A stretch of DNA of 24,000 nucleotides. Source: Algihabitans albus. GTDB taxonomy: Bacteria > Pseudomonadota > Alphaproteobacteria > Kiloniellales > DSM-21159. The position numbers and the translations under genes were made by a program. This document shows, one piece after another, positions 6,638 to 14,546 of this stretch (the first letter of the stretch is position 1; each line of letters begins with the position of its first letter). The notes under the pieces were generated by a model that was not told the DNA's origin, did no database searches, and saw only the letters and a program-made list of their open reading frames with translations. The stretch is taken from assembly GCF_042140275.1 (NCBI RefSeq), contig NZ_CP159482.1; one strand, 5' to 3'.

Positions 6638-7297
6638 TCAACCGACCCTTCGTTGAGTACGGTCTCCAGCCTCGAGCGCTTCTGACGCCAAGCCGACCTC
6701 AACGAGGGGCGAACCGCTCAAACTTCCGGACTGCTGCACGGCCTGCAGCACCTGAGCTGAGACTTCCAGGCGTGCCGCAGCGATCCGATGGCGTCCCCAC
6801 TGAACCGGCGGACCGACGAACTCCACGGGGCAGCCCGCCTTCTCGATTACGTGACTGTAGATCTTCAGCGGCATAACGCAGAGATAGCGCGTGATGCCAT
6901 GGCGTAGGCCGTAGGCTTGGCAGGCGGCGATCAGTTCGTGCACCACCCTGCGGCGGAGGTTGGGCGGGATCGCTCGGGTGACACCGAAGCGCGTCGCCTC
7001 CCAGATACTCTCTCCTTCCTCGAAGCGATGGTCGACCAGCCGTGGCCAGATCGTTCGGATCATGTAGGGCCGGGTGGTGGGCAAGAGCCGCGTTATGCCG
7101 CAGGCTTGGCCGTTGGTGTCCAGACGGACGATGTACTTGGCAGCCGGCGTGTCGAACTGATCGTATTCCAGTCCGTTGTAATGCGGGACATCCCAACCCT
7201 GACGCCGCACGAAGAGTTCGTAGCGCAGCCGGTGCTGGGAGACCCAGGCCTCCCCGCAGCGGTGTGCGCTTTCCCAGTCGAAGCACAGAGCGGTCAT
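6638..7297 (-). CDS. LuxI-family acyl-homoserine-lactone synthase
   Basis: Conserved LuxI residues are present in HRLRYELFVRRQGWDVPHYNGLEYDQFDT (R, F, W, E, D, D) and in WEATRF. The track start 7324 is TTG. ATG 7297 has a strong AGGAGAG SD 5-6 nt upstream. Confidence 0.9.
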   Translation of the reverse strand: MTALCFDWESAHRCGEAWVSQHRLRYELFVRRQGWDVPHYNGLEYDQFDTPAAKYIVRLDTNGQACGITRLLPTTRPYMIRTIWPRLVDHRFEEGESIWEATRFGVTRAIPPNLRRRVVHELIAACQAYGLRHGITRYLCVMPLKIYSHVIEKAGCPVEFVGPPVQWGRHRIAAARLEVSAQVLQAVQQSGSLSGSPLVEVGLASEALEAGDRTQRRVG

Positions 7298-7390
7298 GGA
7301 TCTCTCCTGCCTTTTCACAGGCAAGGAGAGCAGAGTGAAGAGGGCGCGACAGCTACTTGGGCTGGCAATAGATGAGATGTCGAGAAACCG

Positions 7391-8119
7391 CTAAACTAAC
7401 AGAAGCCCCTTTTGTATCGCTCGAACGATCGCAGCGATACGGCTTCCGGTTTCAAGTTTTCGCATTGCATTCTTTATATGATGATTGACCGTATTTGGGC
7501 TAATTCCCAGAATGGTGCCTGTGTCCCAGGACGACTTGCCCATCGCGCTCCAATAGAGGCACTCCCGCTCGCGGCGGGAGAGAATGGGCGAATCAGGGTC
7601 TTCATCACAGCGCACCAGCAGGCGCGTAGAGACGGATCGAAAGTGCTGGGCGGCCGCCTGCAGTTGAACCACGCGGTTCTCGGCAATGGCCTGTCCGCTT
7701 TCTTCCGCAAAACTGACCACGGCGAGACTGCAATTAGGGCCGTGCAGCGGCACGGTTATGCCGCCTTTCAAGCCGAAGTCGGCCGCCTCGTCGAGAACGC
7801 GTCGCTCTTCACCGTCGGTCGTGGTGCTGCGTCGGATGTCGCTCCACTGGAAGGCCGCCGCCTGACGGAGACTCTGTGACAGAACCGGATCGATCTTCTC
7901 GTAGCCGCGCTCGAAGTAGCGAGCTTGCCACTCGACGGGATAGTTGAGGAAAACCGCCGGATAAGACGGGGTCGGGATGGCAAGGTCTTTGTGATCCGTA
8001 AGAGAACCGTAAGCGGTCCAAGGAAACCCCAGGCCTTGGGCGAAACAGGCTAGCCGGTCGAAGGCGTCTCTGGCGTCGGTGGCATCGCTTGCCTCTTCCA
8101 GGAACCGGGGAAGGTCCAT
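7391..8119 (-). CDS. LuxR-family AHL-responsive transcriptional regulator
   Basis: The track ORF extends to 8251 with a basic, low-complexity N-extension. ATG 8119 (MDLPRFLEE..) has a GGAGA SD and gives a typical 242 aa. Autoinducer-domain residues present: W..Y, YEKIDP, FQW, GGITVP. C-terminal HTH: LSRRERECLYWSAMGKSSWDTGTILGISPNTVNHHIKNAMRKL. Confidence 0.9.
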   Translation of the reverse strand: MDLPRFLEEASDATDARDAFDRLACFAQGLGFPWTAYGSLTDHKDLAIPTPSYPAVFLNYPVEWQARYFERGYEKIDPVLSQSLRQAAAFQWSDIRRSTTTDGEERRVLDEAADFGLKGGITVPLHGPNCSLAVVSFAEESGQAIAENRVVQLQAAAQHFRSVSTRLLVRCDEDPDSPILSRRERECLYWSAMGKSSWDTGTILGISPNTVNHHIKNAMRKLETGSRIAAIVRAIQKGLLLV

Positions 8120-8279
8120 GTGCGCTATCTCCAAAACTATGGAACTTGACCGCCCCTCTTGCTTTGACCTTCCGGACCCTTCCTCTCTTGCTCCGGGCCG
8201 CCATGACGGCGCTGGTCGAGCTTTTCCCCTTTTGGTTGCCAACACCGCCACGCCGACGGTCCCGCCGCTTGGCTGAGAT

Positions 8280-8450
8280 ACGTCAAGAACAGTTCACTTC
8301 AACTATATAGGTTGACCTATCAAACAGACTATTTCAACCATCTGGAAAATAACATTATTGTAGCATATTGATCTATATTATACGGTAAACGATTACAATT
8401 CTGTATAACTCTGATTTCCTGAGAGATTTTGTAGAGGTTTTGAAGATATC
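8280..8450. promoter_or_regulatory. AT-rich island C, upstream of the luxR-type gene
   Basis: 28% G+C by hand count over 8331..8430. Contains the palindrome ATAGGTtgACCTAT at 8307..8320. Confidence 0.35.
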
Positions 8451-8850
8451 GAACATGCGTTCTCCGCTGCTTGGACAACGACTGCGCCGCCAGCAGAAAC
8501 TGGAGGGTAGGGGGATCACAGGCCTCCGTTCCTTCCGGGCCGGCGTCATTCGGCCCGTCGACGACCGTGAGGGCCGGCGGTCCCTGGTCAGCCGTTCGCA
8601 CTGCCGCGGCGACGTGATGGGAACACGCTTCCATCCGTTCGATGCGGCCATACGGCCAAATCCGGATCACCCACCCGTCATACGCGCGCCCTGCTCTAGT
8701 TGTTCTTAAGTATCTGCATCTTATGATTGATGAGGCGCCTGACTGCAGTGACGCGTATACCCCCTAACGCCCGTTCCAATATGTTCCCTTTGACGATACT
8801 CATCGCGGCGCTTTCCAAGTGCCTCAGATTGTGCCTAGGGAAGCGGTCGA

Positions 8851-9081
8851 GTGTCGGAGCATAATCACGTCATGAACATGTCCATACCCGGTGACGCACG
8901 TCAGAAGCCCGCCAAGCACGGCCGCAAACGTATCCGTATTCTGGAAAGCGCATTGCAGTTGATATCGCAACAGGGACTGGAGAACATCGGGCTGAGAGAG
9001 ATCGCCGCGCATCTCGATATGACGCACCCGGCGCTCTACTACTATTTCAAGTCTAAGGCCGCGCTACTGGACCTTCGCTGA
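8851..9081 (+). pseudogene. Truncated TetR-family regulator (HTH domain only)
   Basis: RILESALQLISQQGLENIGLREIAAHLDMTHPALYYYFKSKAALL is a canonical TetR N-terminal HTH. The ORF stops after 76 codons, and no frame downstream resembles a TetR ligand domain. In-frame ATGs at 8872 and 8878. Confidence 0.6.
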
Positions 9082-9378
9082 AGGCTATCCGCGCACCCCA
9101 TCCAACAAGGTGCGCAAGCAGCAACTGCGCGATCAGATCAGGGGGCAGCAGGCCTACGACCTGGCCGCAAAACAGCTGGTCACACTATAAGCGGGCGACC
9201 CAATAGCCCACGGCAAAGCCGTTCTGACGAGACGATGATCTGCTCGACCGCTGCCCGGATGTCGTCGCCGGTCGGCGCTCAAGCTCTTGGGGTCAAGTCA
9301 TGCCATAGCCGACCAGTGAAAGAGATTGCGGTCGCGTCAATCTGTGTCGACTCAATAGCGCGCACCCGAAGTCGTTGC

Positions 9379-10161
9379 TCAGACCTTGGCGCGTTCTTCC
9401 ACGAGGCCTCCGGGCGGGGTTCGGCGCAGCAGGTAGATATCCATGATCCAGCCGTGCCGGTCGCGGGCGGCGGCGCGGGCCGCGACGATCTTCGGCCCGA
9501 TCTCGGCAAGCGGGCCGCTGAACAGGCGTTCCTCGGGCATGCCCAGGTAGGCGCCCCACCAGATCGTCACATTCTCTTCGCGCAGAACCTGGAAAGCGCA
9601 GTCGCCGTCGAGCATGACGACCAGCGTGTCGACCTCCCCGGGCCAGCCGGACTCGCGCAACCGCCGCCCCGTGGTCACGAGAAACGGCGCCCCGATCTCG
9701 TTGAGTGGAATCCTATGAGCCGCGGTCAAGGCCTGAATAGCCGTGATCCCGGGGATCATCCGAAGACGCGGTGGCGGCTCCAGCCGCGCCGCGATGCGAA
9801 GCGCGCTGTCGTAGAGCGAGGGATCGCCCCAGATCAGCAGAACGACATGGTCGGGCGTCGGAGTCCGGGTGGAGACGGCCTCGGTCCAGGCTGCCGCGAT
9901 CGCCTCGTGCCAAGCCTCTACGCCGGCGCGGTAGTTCGGGTCCGTCGCATCGCGTCGCGGCAGGTCGAACTCGGCGATCTCTGTGGAGCGGTTGGTCAGC
10001 ACGCGGTCGCAGATCTGCCGACGCAGATCGGCCAGGTCCGCCTTGTCGCTGCCCTTGCGCGGGATGAGAATCAGGTCGGCCACATTGATGGCGGCCGCTC
10101 CCTGATAGGTCAGGTGATCGGGATTGCCGGTTCCGATGCCGATCAGGGTCAGCTCACGCAT
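9379..10161 (-). CDS. cobF: Precorrin-6A synthase (deacetylating)
   Basis: 260 aa. Tetrapyrrole-methylase N-terminus MRELTLIGIGTGNPDHLT. WGDPSLYDS and IPGITA motifs. Length and domain layout match CobF. ATG 10161 overlaps the cobA stop by 8 nt. Confidence 0.88.
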   Translation of the reverse strand: MRELTLIGIGTGNPDHLTYQGAAAINVADLILIPRKGSDKADLADLRRQICDRVLTNRSTEIAEFDLPRRDATDPNYRAGVEAWHEAIAAAWTEAVSTRTPTPDHVVLLIWGDPSLYDSALRIAARLEPPPRLRMIPGITAIQALTAAHRIPLNEIGAPFLVTTGRRLRESGWPGEVDTLVVMLDGDCAFQVLREENVTIWWGAYLGMPEERLFSGPLAEIGPKIVAARAAARDRHGWIMDIYLLRRTPPGGLVEERAKV

Positions 10162-10894
10162 CGTGGTCGTCCGGCCCGGTCTCGGCCAGCGGTCCGTACA
10201 GGATGAGAGCCGGCTGGCTGCCGGGATCGGCCGCCAGCCGTTCGGCCAGCGCCGCCACCGTGGTGCGGTGCAGCCGCTGCTCGGGTCTGCTCACCAACTC
10301 GGCCAGCAGCGCAGGGGTCGACGGCGGAAGGTCCAGCGCGATCAGCGCCTCGGCCAGCTTGGGAAAGGTCCTGCGGCCCATGAAGACCACGGTGGTCGCC
10401 GCGGGATCGGCCAGGGGCGCCAGGTCGAGATCGCCGGGCAGGGTGCCGTTGCTGTCGTGCCCGGTCACGAACTGGACTCGCCGCGCGGTCAGCCGCCGCG
10501 AGAGAGGGATGCCGGCGGCAGCGGCGGCGGCGCAGGCCGAGGGGACGCCGGGAATGATTTCATGCGCGATCCCCGCCGTTCGCAGGGCGGTCAGTTCCTC
10601 CTCCAGGCGCCCGAAGATACCGGCATCGCCCGACTTGAGGCGCACGACCCGGGCGCCCCCGATGGCATAGTCGACGAGAAGGCGGCTGACGTGACTCTGT
10701 TTCGGAGAGGGCCGCCCGGCGCGCTTGCCGACCCCGACGAGATCGGCGCCGCCGCGGGCATGGGACAGGATCGGCCCCGCCGAAAGGTCGTCGAACAAAA
10801 CCGCGTCCGCCGCCTGCAAGCGTTTGACCGCCTTGAGTGTCAGAAGCTCCGGGTCTCCGGGGCCGGAACCGATGAAGCTGACGAACCCTGTCAT
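10154..10894 (-). CDS. cobA: Uroporphyrinogen-III C-methyltransferase (SUMT)
   Basis: 246 aa. Motifs FIGSGPGDPELLTLKAV, RLKSGDAGIFGR and IPGVPSA. ATGA overlap with the cobB stop. Confidence 0.88.
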   Translation of the reverse strand: MTGFVSFIGSGPGDPELLTLKAVKRLQAADAVLFDDLSAGPILSHARGGADLVGVGKRAGRPSPKQSHVSRLLVDYAIGGARVVRLKSGDAGIFGRLEEELTALRTAGIAHEIIPGVPSACAAAAAAGIPLSRRLTARRVQFVTGHDSNGTLPGDLDLAPLADPAATTVVFMGRRTFPKLAEALIALDLPPSTPALLAELVSRPEQRLHRTTVAALAERLAADPGSQPALILYGPLAETGPDDHDA

Positions 10895-12213
10895 CCGCCG
10901 GCCTCGGCGATCAGGTGAAAGAAGCTTCCGGTGACTCTGCCGCGGTGCGATCCGGTCTCGGCCACCGCAGCGCCGTCGGCATCGGCCACCTTGGCCAAGG
11001 GAGCGTCGGGTTGTTCGAGGATTGTCGAGTAGTGAAACTCGTGCCCTCGCAGACGCGCCCCGACCCCGAAGCCGGGAATGGGTGCGGTCAGGCGCGCCTG
11101 GCGGTACCCCAGGTGGAGTTTGCGCTTCTCATAGCTCGTCACAAGACCGAGCAGGCCGGCCATGGGATGGGACTGTCCATGCTTGTCCACCAGGGCCTGA
11201 CCGAGGGCCATGTAACCGCCGCACTCTCCATGTACAGGGCGGGTCTCGGCATGGGCGCGCAAGCCCTCGTGAAAGCGGCCCGCCGCCGCCAGCCGGCCCG
11301 CATGCAGCTCGGGATAGCCGCCCGGCAGCCAGACGATGTCCGCGGTCGGGTCCGGGGCTTCGTCGGTCAGGGGAGAGAAGGGCAGGATCTCCGCGCCGGC
11401 GACGCGCCAGCTTTCCAGAAGGTGGGGATAGACGAAGGAGAAGGCTTCGTCCTGTGCCAGCGCTATGCGTTGCGCAGGCGGCGGCGGTAAGGCGCTGGGG
11501 CTCCGGGAGACGTCGGCTTTTGCGGCAGCGGTGCGGATTGCGGCCAGGTCACTGTGGGCGCGCAGGAAGGCCGCGTAGGCGGCGATGGCTTCGTCCAGGT
11601 CGGGATGCTCCACTGCCTGGATCAGTCCGAGATGGCGCTCCGGCAAGGTCAGGTCGCCTTGCCGCGGCAGGGCGCCCAGCACCGGCAGGCCCACCCGTTC
11701 CATGCCCAGCCGGGCCAGGCGCTCGTGGCGGGGACTCGCGACTCGATTGAGGATAACGCCGGCGAAGGGCAGATCGTCACGGTAGCGGGCGAAACCCAGG
11801 GCGGTGGCTGCGGCGGACTGGGCCTGCCCGCCCACATCCAGAACCAGCAGGACCGGCCAACCCAGGAGTGCGGCGGTCTCGGCGCTCGAGCCCCAGCCGC
11901 TCTCGCCCTGGGTGGCGACCCCGTCGTAGAGCCCCATCGAGCCCTCGGCGACGATCAGATCGGCGCCTTCGGCGCGCGCCGCTATGGTCGCCAGCAGGCC
12001 GCGGTGCATCGCCCAGGTGTCCAGATTGAAGGAGCCGCGGCCGGCAGCGGCGCGGTGAAAGGCCGGGTCGATGTAGTCGGGACCGCTCTTGAAGGGTTGG
12101 ACGGTCAATCCGTCCTCGGCGAAGGCGCGCAGCAGGCCGAGCATCACGGTGGTCTTGCCGCTGCCCGAGCTGGGGGCCGACACCAGCAGGCCTGGAGGAC
12201 TAGTCATCGCCAT
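10891..12213 (-). CDS. cobB: Hydrogenobyrinate/cobyrinate a,c-diamide synthase
   Basis: [12 protein letters not shown] nucleotide-binding N-terminus and a C-terminal glutamine amidotransferase with ECGGYM. The track start 12306 lies inside cobM. ATGs at 12213 and 12207 ([11 protein letters not shown]) overlap the cobM stop by 14 or 8 nt. Confidence 0.88.
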   Translation of the reverse strand: MAMTSPPGLLVSAPSSGSGKTTVMLGLLRAFAEDGLTVQPFKSGPDYIDPAFHRAAAGRGSFNLDTWAMHRGLLATIAARAEGADLIVAEGSMGLYDGVATQGESGWGSSAETAALLGWPVLLVLDVGGQAQSAAATALGFARYRDDLPFAGVILNRVASPRHERLARLGMERVGLPVLGALPRQGDLTLPERHLGLIQAVEHPDLDEAIAAYAAFLRAHSDLAAIRTAAAKADVSRSPSALPPPPAQRIALAQDEAFSFVYPHLLESWRVAGAEILPFSPLTDEAPDPTADIVWLPGGYPELHAGRLAAAGRFHEGLRAHAETRPVHGECGGYMALGQALVDKHGQSHPMAGLLGLVTSYEKRKLHLGYRQARLTAPIPGFGVGARLRGHEFHYSTILEQPDAPLAKVADADGAAVAETGSHRGRVTGSFFHLIAEAGG

Positions 12214-12985
12214 CGCCCTCCACCGACTTGGGCCGAAAGCGGCGATCGTAGTCGGCGGCGTAAAGGCGGCTCTCCTGAAAAGCTTCGGCGGCCAGCGCCG
12301 GGCCAACGAGGATCAGCGCGGTGCGCTCGATCGCGTGCTTCTCCCGCTGCAAGGTGACTTCGAGGTTTGCCAGCGTGGCGCGGAGGATTCGCTCGTCCGG
12401 CCAGCTCGCACGATAGACGATGGCTGCCGGGCAGTCGGGTCCGTAGGCGGGCGTCAGGGTCTGCACGACCTCCGCAAGCTTGTGAATCGACAGGTGAATG
12501 GCCAGGGTGGTGCCGGTCTTCGCGAAGTTCGCCAGGCTTTCGCCGGGCGGCATGGCAGAGGCACGGCCGGGCGTGCGGGTCAGCACGAGAGACTGGGCAA
12601 GGCCGGGCAGCGTCAACTCCGCCTGCAGCGCCGCCGCCGCAGCCGCGAAGGCAGGCACCCCAGGCGTGACGCTGACCGGGATGCCTTCCGCGCGCAGACG
12701 GCGCAGCTGTTCACCCATGGCCGACCAGATCGAGAGATCGCCGGAGTGCAGCCGTGCCACGTCCAGCCCCTCGGCGTGGGCGCGCCGGCATTCGGCCAGG
12801 ATTGCCTCCAGGTCCAGCGGGGCGGTGTTGATCACCCTTGCATCCGGCGGGCAGTGCGTCAGCACCGCCTCCGGGATCAGCGATCCGGCATAGAGGCAGA
12901 TAGGGGATGCCGCAATCAGGTCCCGGCCGCGCAAGGTCAGAAGGTCCGGGGCGCCGGGACCGGCCCCGATGAAGTGCACGGTCAC
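12200..12985 (-). CDS. cobM: Precorrin-4 C11-methyltransferase
   Basis: 261 aa. Motifs [27 protein letters not shown] and TPGVPAF. GTG start in a GTGA overlap with the cobE stop. Confidence 0.9.
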   Translation of the reverse strand: MTVHFIGAGPGAPDLLTLRGRDLIAASPICLYAGSLIPEAVLTHCPPDARVINTAPLDLEAILAECRRAHAEGLDVARLHSGDLSIWSAMGEQLRRLRAEGIPVSVTPGVPAFAAAAAALQAELTLPGLAQSLVLTRTPGRASAMPPGESLANFAKTGTTLAIHLSIHKLAEVVQTLTPAYGPDCPAAIVYRASWPDERILRATLANLEVTLQREKHAIERTALILVGPALAAEAFQESRLYAADYDRRFRPKSVEGDGDD

Positions 12986-13350
12986 CGCAATCCTCCCAGG
13001 GCGAGGGCGCAGGTGGCGCGACCGTCGGCTGAAATGCAGCGCGTCGACAGCAGCTTGGCGCCGGCCCCCGCACCGACGAGAGCGCTGGCTTCCGCCACGC
13101 TGCCGGTGCCGTAACGCTGCAGCGCCGGGGGGCTTCGGGTCGGCGTTTCGCAGCGGGCCAGAGCCTGGGCGGAGATCGCCCGCACCGGCAGCCCAAGCAG
13201 GCCGGCGAGGCCATGAAGGCAGGCGGCCTGCGCCTTGTCCTCGGGTGCGCAGAGCGCCGCGACCTCATGGCTGCCGGCCGCGCGGGCGAGCGCGTCGCGC
13301 AGGCTCTCCGTCGTCGCGATGCTGCGAAAGCCGAAGCCGGCAACGATCAT
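12982..13350 (-). CDS. cobE: CobE / CbiG C-terminal-domain protein
   Basis: The track ORF is over-extended to 13542. ATG 13350 forms an ATGA overlap with the cobL stop. [10 protein letters not shown]...LGLPVRAIS...[14 protein letters not shown] resembles the CbiG_C/CobE family. Confidence 0.75.
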   Translation of the reverse strand: MIVAGFGFRSIATTESLRDALARAAGSHEVAALCAPEDKAQAACLHGLAGLLGLPVRAISAQALARCETPTRSPPALQRYGTGSVAEASALVGAGAGAKLLSTRCISADGRATCALALGGLR

Positions 13351-14546
13351 AGCGTTACGCTCCACTGCACCAGCGGATAGGCAGCATGCCAGCTGCGCTT
13401 GCTGCCCAGCGGCCCGGCTTCCGACAGGTCGATGCGCAGGAGGCTGCCGCCCTTGCGCGCCTGCCAGGCGGTCAGGAGCGATTCGGATTCCAGGGTGACC
13501 GCGTTCGAAACCAGGCGCGTGCCCGCCGGCAAACGTGACCAAAGGTCGGTCAACAGGGCGTCCGAGAGGCCGCCGCCGATGAAGACCGCATCCGGGACCG
13601 GGAGGGTTTCCAGAGCCTCCGGTGCCTGTCCCTCAATCACCTCCAGCCGGTCGACCCCAAGCGTCTCCGCGTTGCTGCGGATGCGCGCGGCTCTGTCGGG
13701 TCGGGTCTCGATCGCCGTCGCCCTGTTGGCCGGGTGGCACAGCAGCCACTCGATCCCGACCGAGCCAGCGCCGGCGCCGATGTCCCAAAGATGAGCGCCC
13801 GCGACCGGCGCCAAGGCCGAGAGGGTCAGCGCACGGAGGGGGCGCTTGGTGATCTGCCCGTCGTGATCGAAGAAATCGTCGGGCCGCCCGGAAGCCGTTG
13901 GGATCGCTCGGCCGTCGCCCGCGATCTGCAGCCCGACGCAGACCGGGTGGTGGATATCGGCGAGAGTCATCGTTTCGGCCGTCGCCCGGCGTAGCCGTTC
14001 GCGCGGACCGCCCAGAGCCTCCATGACCCAGAGTTCGGTCGGCCCGAATCCCCGCTCCGCGAGCCAGGCGGCCAGCTGCCCCACCGCGGTGCCGTCGCGC
14101 AGCAGCACCAGAAGCTTTGCCCCGGACGCCAGGTGCGGGCGCAAGCGTGCGAAGGGGGCCGCATGCAGGGCGAGACAGGGCGTCCGCTCCAGCGGCCAGC
14201 CGAGCCGCGCGGCCGCCAGCGAAAGGCTGGAGGGGGCCGGCAGGGCGCGCCACTCGCCGGCCTCCAGCTGTTCGGCCAATATGGTGCCGGCACCGAACCA
14301 GAAGGGATCGCCTGAGGCCAGCATGACGACCCGCCGGCCGCGCAGGTTCAGCAGCTTGGGAATCCCCTCTGCGAAGGGGACCGGCCATGCCTGCGTCTCG
14401 GCGGTCAATGCCGGCAGAAGTGCGAGAAGCCGGCTCGCGCCCATGACCACCTCGGCCTCGTCCAAGGCTTGCCGGCTTGCCGGCGACAGGCCCTCGGGTC
14501 CATCCTCCCCGAGTCCGATGATGGTCAGCCAGGGAACCTCAGCCAT
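13347..14546 (-). CDS. cobL: Precorrin-6Y C5,15-methyltransferase (decarboxylating)
   Basis: CbiE-like N-domain (LTIIGLGEDGPEGLS, ASGDPFWFG) fused to a CbiT-like SAM methyltransferase (LWDIGAGAGSVGIEW). The track start 14555 is TTG. ATG at 14546 gives MAEVPWLTIIG. Confidence 0.9.
   Translation of the reverse strand: MAEVPWLTIIGLGEDGPEGLSPASRQALDEAEVVMGASRLLALLPALTAETQAWPVPFAEGIPKLLNLRGRRVVMLASGDPFWFGAGTILAEQLEAGEWRALPAPSSLSLAAARLGWPLERTPCLALHAAPFARLRPHLASGAKLLVLLRDGTAVGQLAAWLAERGFGPTELWVMEALGGPRERLRRATAETMTLADIHHPVCVGLQIAGDGRAIPTASGRPDDFFDHDGQITKRPLRALTLSALAPVAGAHLWDIGAGAGSVGIEWLLCHPANRATAIETRPDRAARIRSNAETLGVDRLEVIEGQAPEALETLPVPDAVFIGGGLSDALLTDLWSRLPAGTRLVSNAVTLESESLLTAWQARKGGSLLRIDLSEAGPLGSKRSWHAAYPLVQWSVTL

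Noticed and set aside
7303-7318. CCTG-N8-CAGG inverted repeat just upstream of luxI, considered as a possible lux box.
   Set aside because: The arms are only 4 bp. The spacing is 2 nt shorter than the CTG-N10-CAG lux-box pattern. It overlaps the luxI SD rather than a -40 promoter position. It is more likely a small 5'-UTR hairpin or chance.
8120-8251. N-terminal extensions suggested by the ORF track: LuxR to 8251, PT2 to 4394, CobW to 23169, CobH to 17532, CobE to 13542, CobJ to 16766, CobB to 12306, and cobK from 14023.
   Set aside because: The extensions overlap upstream genes or are basic and low-complexity. Internal ATGs with SD sequences, stop/start overlaps and typical family N-termini give normal protein lengths.
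9091-9115. Perfect 7-bp stem GCGCACC(N11)GGTGCGC after the TetR fragment, considered as a terminator or a tRNA-like attachment site.
   Set aside because: There is no U-tract and there are no tRNA features (no T-loop GTTCGA-type sequence). I keep it only as a descriptive element of the junction.
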